Shown here piece by piece: positions 1-8,745 of a stretch of DNA of 64,000 bases (positions within the stretch are counted from its first letter, which is position 1; every line of letters begins with the position of its first letter). The notes below the pieces were generated by a model that did not search any database, was not told the origin of the DNA, and saw only the letters and a program-made list of their open reading frames with translations. The DNA comes from a virus (Duplodnaviria; Caudoviricetes): positions 1 to 64,000 of the IMG/VR virus record IMGVR_UViG_3300038345_000118; one strand, 5' to 3'. A program made the position numbers and the translations under genes.

Positions 1-127
1 GCTCAACAGCTTTCCAATCCGTTTGATTGTACAACCCTATGGGAATGATGCGGCGGGTCATGGTTTTGGTACCGTCTATGACGGCCTGCTGTAGACCGTA
101 ACGCTCGCTGAATGATATTTTCTTCAT
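1..127 (-). CDS. Partial ORF running off the left edge; ASCH-like phage protein N-terminus
   Basis: Manual translation MKKISFSERYGLQQAVIDGTKTMTRRII; the G.KT.TRR motif resembles ASCH-like phage proteins. Confidence 0.45.
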   Translation of the reverse strand, partial: MKKISFSERYGLQQAVIDGTKTMTRRIIPIGLYNQTDWKAVE

Positions 128-139
128 AACTGATTTGAT

Positions 140-1267
140 TTATTTCTTTTTCATTTTACTGTTCATTTTCTCTATTTCCTTGGCCTCCTTTGTCATGGTG
201 TTCAGGATATCGAGGATGAAAGGGAGGTTGCTGTCATACACCTGCTGCTGCTCGGCATAGCCCGCATACTTCATAATGGTGTTGATGGTTCCCACCTCGC
301 CCTGCAAGGCATCGCGCACCTGACTGCTTTTGCTCTCTCCGCTGAAGAGTAGGGGATAGGCGATGGCATAGTAGGTGAGGGCTGTCTGGTAGCACTGGAG
401 GCAGATGTGGAAGAGAGAGGAGAGTGGAGAGTGGAGAGAGGAGAGTGAAGAATCTTCGCGGATTCCGCGTTTCAGGTTTTTCTTCCACCACTTCACCATA
501 CCTTCGGCCTGTTCAGCATTGTAGCGATATTCGTAGTGCGGACGGATGCGGATGCTGCCTCCGGAAGTATCGAGTAACGCCCGTGTGCGAGGAACAAGAC
601 AGTGGGCAAGGAACTGCGCCTGCAAGTCAAGAGCCTGTTCGTCGGTAACGTTCTCGGAAAACAGCTGCGGTGTGATGGTCTGCAATGCCCTGTACTGCTG
701 CCATGTAAGGTTATTGCAGGCTACCTGGGGGAGGGCGAACGTCTTTGAGTGAAGAGTGAAGAGTGAAAGGCTACGGGTAGGCGAGCATTGCTCGGGAATG
801 GAGTGAAGAATCACTTTCCCACGACAAACAGTCAATGTGTCGATAGGTAATATCAAGGCATCTTGCATGTTACTGACATAGCCGCCGACGGCCTCGCGCC
901 GTTCTTTCACGATGTTTCCTTTCTCGTCGCGCTCTTCCTTCTCGCCCGGATCTCCGTAGGGCCAGTCGAACCAGGGGAGAGCCTGCTTCGCCATCTGTGC
1001 AGCCTCGCGGGGGGTAATGGAATAGCAGGCACCATTCTCTCCCTCCAGGTGATAGAGGGTTTCGCCGGTTGTCTTGTTGGTCGCAACAAAGTTGCGACTT
1101 ACGGTTAAATTGCACAGCGAGAGAAGTGCGGCGACACGTGCCACGTCGGGATTGCCGCCGTAGCGTATCTTTGCCTGCCAGCACAAGCACAGCTGCTGCC
1201 ATGAGAGCGAGGACCAGGATTTGGGAAGAGGTGGGAGAATCATGCGAACCACGTTATTAAACTGCAA
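140..1267 (-). CDS. Hypothetical protein (375 aa) with two in-frame repeat-derived insertions
   Basis: Long ORF in operon, overlapping the methyltransferase stop; SLSLFTLHS and SSLSSLHSPLSS segments come from GAGTGAA-type repeats. Confidence 0.65.
   Translation of the reverse strand: MQFNNVVRMILPPLPKSWSSLSWQQLCLCWQAKIRYGGNPDVARVAALLSLCNLTVSRNFVATNKTTGETLYHLEGENGACYSITPREAAQMAKQALPWFDWPYGDPGEKEERDEKGNIVKERREAVGGYVSNMQDALILPIDTLTVCRGKVILHSIPEQCSPTRSLSLFTLHSKTFALPQVACNNLTWQQYRALQTITPQLFSENVTDEQALDLQAQFLAHCLVPRTRALLDTSGGSIRIRPHYEYRYNAEQAEGMVKWWKKNLKRGIREDSSLSSLHSPLSSLFHICLQCYQTALTYYAIAYPLLFSGESKSSQVRDALQGEVGTINTIMKYAGYAEQQQVYDSNLPFILDILNTMTKEAKEIEKMNSKMKKK
747..811. repeat. Composite GAGTGAA-heptamer / GTAG-hairpin element (copy 1, in frame in a CDS)
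   Basis: 754-811 matches 42648-42705 at 57 of 58 nt. Confidence 0.85.
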
Positions 1268-3023
1268 CTTTCTTTTCGCGTAGCAAGCGACGGGAGAGGG
1301 CTTCGCAGAGGACGCGGGACATGTTGACCTCCACGGCGTTGCCGATGTATTTCTTCTGCTCGGCCTGGGTGCCGACGAGGATGTAGGAATCAGGAAAGCC
1401 CATGATGCGTTTGAGCTCTGAGATTTTCAGCATGCGCATTCGGATATCAATGAGGCCGTAGGCTGCCATGAACTGCTTGACCTTGCGCGTCATGGGGCTA
1501 TCGGTATCGTAGACGGCGATGGCGAGCTGGGGCTCTCCCGAAGGAGATCCTTCGGGCACGGTGGATACCAGGTAGGGTGGCATCTTGTCCATACGGGCAA
1601 TGAGGGTGAAACAGGGGTTGTCAACAGAGCCTCCTTTGCTTGCAAACTGAGGGTTCATCAGATAGTGCCACTTTCTGTTTGCCGTAATAACCGGAGAAGG
1701 GTCATCAACGGAACTGCCTATATTGCCAAAATTGGTATTCATTATCCAAGGCTTGACACTGACCAGGCTCTGCTTGGGGGTGTTGACCACCGTCGGGGCA
1801 GGGGAGTCTATACTGGAAGGCTTTCCTTTGCCATACTGGCTGTCGAGGAACTGACAGTTGACAATGCTCAGGCGGTCTTTGGTGGTGACTGTGGGAGCGG
1901 GCTCGTCAACGCTGGAATTGAAGCCATTGCCGTAGTAGGCGGTGACGAAGGCGTGATGGTCCTTGCAGGTGATGGTACCTGCCGGACGGTCGATGCTCTG
2001 GTTCTTGGACATTGGGTCGCCACTAAACTGCTTGGAGAGGAAACGGCACTTCACCAGACCGAGGCGGTTCTGAACGGCAACGACGGGGCAGGGCTCGTCA
2101 ATGCCGGGCGGGTTGTGGTGGCCGTCCTGATTGGTGGAGTTGTATTTCAGGATCCATGCGTCGGCATTGTTTTTGCCTCCGGCCACGAACTTTACCAGGC
2201 CCGCATAGATGCGCTCCAAGGTTTTTTCGCAGAGGGGTTTGCTGCGGGTGAAGATGCTGCTGCCTTCGTCCTGCAGGTCGAGGACTTCACGGACGGGTTT
2301 CCATGGGCTGTACTGGTCGGGGAAGAGGGTTCTTCCGTCTGGAGAACCAGACGGCACGGTGGCCTTGGCGTGGGTCTGAGCGGGGAAGGCGATGGGGAGG
2401 CTCTTACGTGCGAACTGTCCGAAGAAACGCTTGCGGGAGGTGTAGGCCCCGAAGTCGGCGGCATTCAGCAGGTGCCAGTCGTAGGTGTAGCCATACTCGC
2501 AGACGTGGCGCACCCAGCGGAGGTAGGAGGAGCCTTTATGCCGGGAGATGGGTTTTCCGTTCTCGTCTAACTCGCCCCAGCACATAAATTCCTCGACGTT
2601 CTCGATTTGCATGTAGTCGGGCTGCAGGGCCTCGATGTAGCGGAAGAGGTGTTCGGCGAGCGTGCGGGAGTCGGCATCGCGGGGCTGGCCTCCCTTGGCG
2701 CGGCTGAAGTTGGTGCATTCGAGACTGGCCCACAACACCACATAGGCGTCGGGATATTCGGTCTTCATGCGGTGCAGGTGCTCTACCATGGGGGAGAGTT
2801 CGAGTGTGCGGATGTCCTCGGTGAAGTGGAGGGCATCGGGGTGGTTGGCCTGATGGGAGAGAATGGCATTACGGTCGTGGTTGACACAGGCTACCACCTT
2901 GGCGCATTTCTCGCCGTTCACACGGGCGTATTCCACACCGGAGGATGTTCCACCGGCGCCGCAGAAGAGGTCGATGTATAATAAGTTGATCATGACTTTA
3001 TTCTTTACTTTGTTCTTAATCAC
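1257..3023 (-). CDS. DNA (cytosine-5) methyltransferase
   Basis: Motif I IDLFCGAGG, motif IV variant ASLECTNFS, motif VI IENVEEF, motif VIII RKRFF, C-terminal KYIGNAV. Confidence 0.92.
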   Translation of the reverse strand: MIKNKVKNKVMINLLYIDLFCGAGGTSSGVEYARVNGEKCAKVVACVNHDRNAILSHQANHPDALHFTEDIRTLELSPMVEHLHRMKTEYPDAYVVLWASLECTNFSRAKGGQPRDADSRTLAEHLFRYIEALQPDYMQIENVEEFMCWGELDENGKPISRHKGSSYLRWVRHVCEYGYTYDWHLLNAADFGAYTSRKRFFGQFARKSLPIAFPAQTHAKATVPSGSPDGRTLFPDQYSPWKPVREVLDLQDEGSSIFTRSKPLCEKTLERIYAGLVKFVAGGKNNADAWILKYNSTNQDGHHNPPGIDEPCPVVAVQNRLGLVKCRFLSKQFSGDPMSKNQSIDRPAGTITCKDHHAFVTAYYGNGFNSSVDEPAPTVTTKDRLSIVNCQFLDSQYGKGKPSSIDSPAPTVVNTPKQSLVSVKPWIMNTNFGNIGSSVDDPSPVITANRKWHYLMNPQFASKGGSVDNPCFTLIARMDKMPPYLVSTVPEGSPSGEPQLAIAVYDTDSPMTRKVKQFMAAYGLIDIRMRMLKISELKRIMGFPDSYILVGTQAEQKKYIGNAVEVNMSRVLCEALSRRLLREKKVAV

Positions 3024-3397
3024 AAATTATCGTCTTTAATAGTTTTGATGATGACTTGTTCTACTTTCCCGTCGCCGAGTCCGTCATTCAGTTCGTCTAT
3101 CATACGTTTAACTCTTCCTTCTACTCTGGAGATGATTTTTTTTAGTTGTTCGGCATCCTCAAACTGCTCGTTTTCAATAAGCCGCTGAAAATCAATTTTC
3201 ATCTCGTTTACATCTCGCATGTTTTCCCTCACTTCGTTGGCGATGCTCAACATAAGCAACCTCTTCAGGACTTCTCGCAGCACTTCTTTATTCTTTTTAA
3301 GATGCCGCAAGTAAAAGAAAGCCATAATGGCCATGTAGGAAGTTGCCAAATAGGCGAGGATGGAAACGATAGTCAGTATGATTTGTAATGTTTGCAT
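3020..3397 (-). CDS. Membrane-anchored protein with UVR (UvrB/UvrC)-like motif
   Basis: N-terminal hydrophobic helix; QRLIENEQFEDAEQLKKII resembles the UVR motif. Confidence 0.5.
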   Translation of the reverse strand: MQTLQIILTIVSILAYLATSYMAIMAFFYLRHLKKNKEVLREVLKRLLMLSIANEVRENMRDVNEMKIDFQRLIENEQFEDAEQLKKIISRVEGRVKRMIDELNDGLGDGKVEQVIIKTIKDDNL

Positions 3398-3431
3398 ATT
3401 AGTGATTTTTTAAAGTGTATTTATATGGCCG

Positions 3432-4151
3432 CTATGACATAAAGGAATAGGGTATGAGTTGACGTAGCCATTTCAAGGCTTGCCAGGTGTACCATGAAGA
3501 GCGCATGGCATCATAGAGAGCATCGTGAGCTTCGCTACCCCGGGCGTATCTCTTCGGGAGAGGGGCGTAAAGTTTGTAAGCCAATGAAGGATTTTGAAGA
3601 ATCTGAAACGGAAGTGCCACCCCGTTTGCTTTTGTTCCTGTTCCATTCATGCTACGCTCCGCTTCTATCAATGCGGCTTCGAGGATGATGGTGCGGCTAT
3701 CACGGAAGCTGGTGTGCGGCACGATGCTTTCCAAGTCTTGATGATACTTGCGGCAGAGGTTACGGAGGATGGCGATATCCACATCCATACCCTGACACCA
3801 TAGGCAGACGCTTTCAAGTTGATACTTTTCTACGATTACTTTGACATAGCGGGAAAGTAGGTCGTATGCCAGATTCTGAACCGGGAACGGTGTGTTGGCA
3901 GTCACGGATTTTTTCACCGCTTCACTCTGGTTGGTCCACCATTTGAGGGTATCAGGATCAAAATCAAAGCCTTCAACCACACATGTACGCAGGTCCACAC
4001 AATAGCCGTAAGGCTCCAATTCCTCTTCGTTGCAAAACGGGTCGGTATCGTTATCGCGGAGCCAAGGCACCACGGCTACCTGCATCGGAGCCGCATTGGC
4101 TGAAAGGGCGCAGGTCTCAAAGTCGATTGTAAGATCAAGGTGTTTATTCAT
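3432..4151 (-). CDS. DEDDh 3'-5' exonuclease/exoribonuclease (phage type)
   Basis: IDFET, WCQGMDVDIAIL, RDSRT and HDALYDA motifs. Confidence 0.8.
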   Translation of the reverse strand: MNKHLDLTIDFETCALSANAAPMQVAVVPWLRDNDTDPFCNEEELEPYGYCVDLRTCVVEGFDFDPDTLKWWTNQSEAVKKSVTANTPFPVQNLAYDLLSRYVKVIVEKYQLESVCLWCQGMDVDIAILRNLCRKYHQDLESIVPHTSFRDSRTIILEAALIEAERSMNGTGTKANGVALPFQILQNPSLAYKLYAPLPKRYARGSEAHDALYDAMRSSWYTWQALKWLRQLIPYSFMS

Positions 4152-4384
4152 GATCGTTGTCTTTTCACATTAAACCGGTATGATATTCTCCCACGTGTCA
4201 TGTCGTAGGGTGACAGTTGCACCTCCACGCGGTCGCCAACCAGGACGCGGATATGCTGGTTGCGCATACGTCCGGAGAGCGTGCCGAGGATCATGGCACC
4301 GTTATCTAACTGTACCCGGAAACGGTCGCCACCCAATGCCTCGGTGACGCAGCCTTCTGTCTTAATAGAATCCTGCTTGCTCAT
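4148..4384 (-). CDS. infA: Translation initiation factor IF-1
   Basis: EGCVTEAL...FRVQLDNG...SGRMR...IRVLVGDRVEVQLSPYDMTRGRISYR is the full IF-1 signature. Confidence 0.92.
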   Translation of the reverse strand: MSKQDSIKTEGCVTEALGGDRFRVQLDNGAMILGTLSGRMRNQHIRVLVGDRVEVQLSPYDMTRGRISYRFNVKRQRS

Positions 4385-4388
4385 AATA

Positions 4389-4595
4389 TCACATTAGAAT
4401 CTCCACGCGCCGTGCCAGATCCATGTGCTGCAAAGCGCGTCGTTCCATTTCTTCTACCTCTCGTGTAAGATAATGCCATTCCGGTGAGCCGAAAGGCACG
4501 AAGTCGAGTTCGATGTTGAGTGACCGCAGTCGGTCGTAGTAGGGAGAGGCTGGCGAGATGCGGATAGCCTCAATAGATTTTTTTGTCTGTTCCAT
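4389..4595 (-). CDS. Hypothetical protein
   Basis: Tightly packed ORF in the minus-strand operon. Confidence 0.5.
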   Translation of the reverse strand: MEQTKKSIEAIRISPASPYYDRLRSLNIELDFVPFGSPEWHYLTREVEEMERRALQHMDLARRVEILM

Positions 4596-4627
4596 TGTTC
4601 TTACTTATTTATCATAATTGCGGTTCT

Positions 4628-4987
4628 TTAAATTTTATTCTTTTTCCGTCGGCGTTCTTCCATAATGTGATTATAAAAATCACAATAGCAGGAACCGCTT
4701 TCCTTCGATAAGGCGATCAGTTGCCGTGCAGCTGTCTTCTGTTGATCGGGAAGTATGTCTGTGAAAGGTTTGTCGGCCAAGCATTCGTTGAGCATCCGTC
4801 TGATGTTCTCCCTTCGCTGCGCTGCCGCCTGTGACCAGTTGCGCATGCGCTCAACCTCCCTGATACAAGCACGCCGATAGGCTTTCCATGCTGCATGCCT
4901 GGAAGGCCCCCGGTAAATCCATACCGCCTTGCCTGTGATACAGGAATTGCGGATAACGGTAAAACTGTGTAAACTAATCTTCGTCAT
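4628..4987 (-). CDS. Hypothetical protein
   Basis: ORF overlapping the primase stop, same strand. Confidence 0.55.
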   Translation of the reverse strand: MTKISLHSFTVIRNSCITGKAVWIYRGPSRHAAWKAYRRACIREVERMRNWSQAAAQRRENIRRMLNECLADKPFTDILPDQQKTAARQLIALSKESGSCYCDFYNHIMEERRRKKNKI

Positions 4988-7900
4988 TCTTATTATCTTT
5001 GCTTTCTGGATCGATTTCCGGAGCAGCCTGCACGTAGTCCTTATCGCCTTCGTGTGCCGGGTCGTAGAAATGGCGTGGCACCTGGCTTTTCCTGTAGAAG
5101 TAATAGGTGCGTGGCTGTTTCAATTTCTCCAGCACCCGAGGCAGCCGGTTGCCCTCCTTGTCGGTCTGTATGGTTCCGTCTGGATTCATGGGGTGCTGCC
5201 ATGCGGCGCAACGGCGAAACCCCTTCTCACGGTCAGTAGGTGTTATCAGTACCACTGGCGGGTTAACCACATAGATGCTGGTGCGTATATAGTCGGCCAA
5301 GTTGTCGCGGATGCGCTTGTAGGCTGCCTTGACGGTTTTCTCGCCGACGGTAATTCCGCAATAGTCGAGCAGCGAAATGGCGAGTTCACGCTGTGCGATA
5401 GGGGTGGCAAGGTGTCGTTTATCCAACAGATACCCTGCAATCCACCGTGTGAACTGTTCGTCCTTAGATGAAGCAAGCGCCTGTCTCAGCAGAGCCCTGC
5501 TATCCTTTGGCGGGTGGATGGTCTCTTCCGGGAATTGGAAAAAGAGCTGTACACATCCGAGCAACAGGTTACGAGCCTCGTTGAGCAGCGACGGACTGAG
5601 GTTGCGGGCTACCTCCTTCATCCCTTCCCGGCGGAAGTCATCGGCAGGAGTATGTGCGGGTCGTGATCCGTCCATGGAGCGTGGATGATACCAGTCGCTG
5701 ACAAGCACCTGATAGGTACGGCGCGAGGTGGAGTCGCTGCTAAGGTCGAGCTGTTCGTTGCTGGCAACGACGAATTTCGGCAAATCATCGCCCTCCAGGA
5801 CCACCGACGACCGGTACAGTCCGCGAGAGGTGATACTCAGTGTGTAGTTATAGAGCGTCTTTGGGGAAAATCCCTGCGGCAGCTCGTCGATGGCAATGAT
5901 GGTATGGAGACCGGGAATCACCTTGTCCAGCTCCTGCGTGAGTTTGACGTTACCGTCTTCGAGAGCCTTTCCGTCAATCCTAAGCACGCGGCGCATGAGC
6001 CCGAGCAATTCCAGAATGACCGTCTTTCCAGTTCCTCCACTTGCAAGGTCTTCGCGGCGCGTGCCGTTATCTGTTATGTGGAGGAACTGCTGGCGGTTGG
6101 CCGAACGGTGGCGAATAAGTGCGGATCCGAGTGCATGCAGCATAGCTATCATATACATATCCTGCACCTGCTTTTCCGTGACGGTAAGCTCTGCACCTCC
6201 CGCCTCTTTCTCCCAGAAAATACGAGACGTATTATACAGGAAGCGGAAATGCGGCGGCATCTGTTCCATTGGTTTGTCGAGTTTCAGCAAATAATGCCAG
6301 AGTGATGACCACGAATCCCATCGCATATTCTCCTGCGCCCGCTCATCAGGCGTCGATGATGCCAGCATGATTTCCTCGTGTTTAAGCAGTTCTGACTCAT
6401 ATAGCGGATTCACCACCACATGCCATGCCTGACGCTGCAGCGTGAAATTACCTTCCATGATGGCCTCACTGTTGGTCCATTGCTGCATCTGACCGTATGG
6501 CACAGTCTTGATGTCATCGGCTGAAACGCGCACGGCACAGTTGGAGAAGAAGAAATGGTCGAAGTCTTCTCCGAAACTCTTCTCGTCAAACTCCTTCTGT
6601 TCGATGGTCTCCAATGTTGACTGCTCCAACTTTGCTGAATAAATGGCCCGGCTTAAAGCCCCTTTCGGGTCGTTGTATTCTTTGTGAGCACGCAACCACT
6701 CGGCCATGATGTCGCGGGCCTGCGCTACCAGTTTGTTGTTACCTTTCTCCCCCGGGAAACATTCCGTAAAGGTGTTGTCGTTTCCAAGCAAGAAGAAACG
6801 CGAGAAAGACGATTTCCCCTGCTGCATGACACGTCGAACCATACCGCGAGCACGAAGAAATACCGGTGTATTGCGAAGGTCGAACTTATACCTTGCCCGG
6901 CCAGTGCCATCAGCATCCTTTCGCTCGCTCTCCCACTGCCAGAACTGGCAGGTAGGCGTATCAAAGAGTGCGTTATCGAACCATTCCACGGGATCGTCGT
7001 GCTGTACCTCGGCGGGCATGCGGCCCTCCACCTCTGAAAAGCGCGTCACGAAGTCGGTGACGTCCTTCAGTGGCTTCAGTTTATTCTGACTACTCTGATT
7101 ATTCCGATTATGCTGAATAATCTGCCCAAGCTCTTTCGGAAGCCGGAGCCAGCGCACCTGCGGGTTGTTGAGCGCGATGGCCTGACTGGCTGCCAGTCCG
7201 GTTGCATCCTCGTCATAGCAGACGTAGAGCCCTCCTTCGACCGTCACGCCCAACAGTTTCTTGATGAATCCGCGAAGCCAACGATTTGGGCGTGTGTTAC
7301 CACCTCGCTTGTCAAAGCCAGCCTGTTCGGAATGTAGCCACACCACATGAGCGTTACTATGCGACCACACGGCAATGGCATCCCGTGGACCGGAGCATAG
7401 TACCACCCGGCGAAAACGCACCTTACCCGTAGGCTTTCCGTCCTTGTCTTTCTCGGCTACATACGGATGGCGCTCGTCCTGTTCTGGTGTGGCCGTGCCG
7501 GGTGTGAGCACATCGGTCAGCGCACTGTCAGCGTACCACTGGTGATAGAGGTCTGAATCCTCCTTCACGCCCCACCACGTCCATTTGTTCGTGCCATAGA
7601 CATCCTTCGGCTCATACTTCTTGGTGCCCCACGGATAGCGGAACATGAAGATGGGATAGTTTTTCGTGGCCCGCACGATGCGCACCACTGCCCCGCCCTT
7701 CTTCGGCTCCACGCGCTGAATGAAGCGGCTGACGGGCTTCACGCCAAACAGCCTTTCCAATTCAGCACCCCATTCCGCTATCGTGTGTGTCTCGGCTTTC
7801 TGTGCCCCACGGTAAAAGTCTTTTCCCAAAGAGCAGCGGTAAAGTGCCTCGCCTGTGTCGGGATTGAACTGCGTAAGCATGTCGCCCACCTTTATTTCAG

Positions 7901-8453
7901 ATTTCCCGGAATATTCCGTGTAATCCGACTTCTTTGCCTTTCTGGTGGCCAGTTCAACCTTCAAGCCAAGGGCTTTCAGGGCTTCTTCAGTCCAGGTGCC
8001 AGGTTCGAATATCGGTTCGTCGCCAATCCAGTCGGCATACTGTTTTTCCTGTTCGTGGAACTCATTCCATCCGAACAGCGACGTCCGCAGGGTGTCGATG
8101 TATTTCTTCTCCGTTTCATCATCGGGCAGCGAGACGTCGCAGCGTGTGGCCAGTTCGGCCATCACGCGGGGAAGGTCTTCCTTCGGTACCATTCCTCCGG
8201 AGAACCCCATCAGCCTTGCTGCAAGCTGAACGGCACCATATCCTTCCTCGCCACAGGCAAAGCACTTGAATCCAAGGTCGGTAGCACCCTGCCGGACCAC
8301 CTTGTCAACGACCAGCGACGGACGGTGATCGTCGTGCCAGGGACAGAGGTACGATGCCGACGTGTCGCCTTCGCGACTCGGTACGTACCCCCATCCTCGC
8401 AACACTTCCACGAGCTGCAGCTGATTCAGTATATCAAATCTACTTTCGGTCAC
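4974..8453 (-). CDS. Primase-helicase fusion (CHC2 zinc finger, TOPRIM-like, C-terminal P-loop NTPase)
   Basis: CPWHDDHRPS...FKCFACG zinc finger; YVCYDEDATG DxD motif; GGTGKT Walker A and IAIDE Walker B. Confidence 0.82.
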   Translation of the reverse strand: MTESRFDILNQLQLVEVLRGWGYVPSREGDTSASYLCPWHDDHRPSLVVDKVVRQGATDLGFKCFACGEEGYGAVQLAARLMGFSGGMVPKEDLPRVMAELATRCDVSLPDDETEKKYIDTLRTSLFGWNEFHEQEKQYADWIGDEPIFEPGTWTEEALKALGLKVELATRKAKKSDYTEYSGKSEIKVGDMLTQFNPDTGEALYRCSLGKDFYRGAQKAETHTIAEWGAELERLFGVKPVSRFIQRVEPKKGGAVVRIVRATKNYPIFMFRYPWGTKKYEPKDVYGTNKWTWWGVKEDSDLYHQWYADSALTDVLTPGTATPEQDERHPYVAEKDKDGKPTGKVRFRRVVLCSGPRDAIAVWSHSNAHVVWLHSEQAGFDKRGGNTRPNRWLRGFIKKLLGVTVEGGLYVCYDEDATGLAASQAIALNNPQVRWLRLPKELGQIIQHNRNNQSSQNKLKPLKDVTDFVTRFSEVEGRMPAEVQHDDPVEWFDNALFDTPTCQFWQWESERKDADGTGRARYKFDLRNTPVFLRARGMVRRVMQQGKSSFSRFFLLGNDNTFTECFPGEKGNNKLVAQARDIMAEWLRAHKEYNDPKGALSRAIYSAKLEQSTLETIEQKEFDEKSFGEDFDHFFFSNCAVRVSADDIKTVPYGQMQQWTNSEAIMEGNFTLQRQAWHVVVNPLYESELLKHEEIMLASSTPDERAQENMRWDSWSSLWHYLLKLDKPMEQMPPHFRFLYNTSRIFWEKEAGGAELTVTEKQVQDMYMIAMLHALGSALIRHRSANRQQFLHITDNGTRREDLASGGTGKTVILELLGLMRRVLRIDGKALEDGNVKLTQELDKVIPGLHTIIAIDELPQGFSPKTLYNYTLSITSRGLYRSSVVLEGDDLPKFVVASNEQLDLSSDSTSRRTYQVLVSDWYHPRSMDGSRPAHTPADDFRREGMKEVARNLSPSLLNEARNLLLGCVQLFFQFPEETIHPPKDSRALLRQALASSKDEQFTRWIAGYLLDKRHLATPIAQRELAISLLDYCGITVGEKTVKAAYKRIRDNLADYIRTSIYVVNPPVVLITPTDREKGFRRCAAWQHPMNPDGTIQTDKEGNRLPRVLEKLKQPRTYYFYRKSQVPRHFYDPAHEGDKDYVQAAPEIDPESKDNKNDED

Positions 8454-8734
8454 GGTTTCTGTAATAATTCGTTACGTAATGGTTCGAGGAGTGCGCGATA
8501 CAATACGCGCTTCTCTTCGGGGATATCTTCTTCTTCGATGCTTGCCAGCAGGAAATAAGACGTAGGAATGCCGAAGACCTCGCAGATCTTCCCGATGGTC
8601 TTTTTCGGCGGGTACGCCTTACCCGTCTCCAGGTTGCTGACAGCCGTAAGGCTCATGCCGCACCGATCAGCAAACTGTGTCTGTGTCATGCCATGCTCCT
8701 GCCGGAGCGTCTTAATTGCTTGTCCGATGTCCAT
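8450..8734 (-). CDS. XRE-family helix-turn-helix regulator
   Basis: IKTLRQEHGMTQTQFADRCGMSLTAVSNLETGK. Confidence 0.88.
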   Translation of the reverse strand: MDIGQAIKTLRQEHGMTQTQFADRCGMSLTAVSNLETGKAYPPKKTIGKICEVFGIPTSYFLLASIEEEDIPEEKRVLYRALLEPLRNELLQKP

Positions 8735-8745
8735 ATCTTTCTCTG

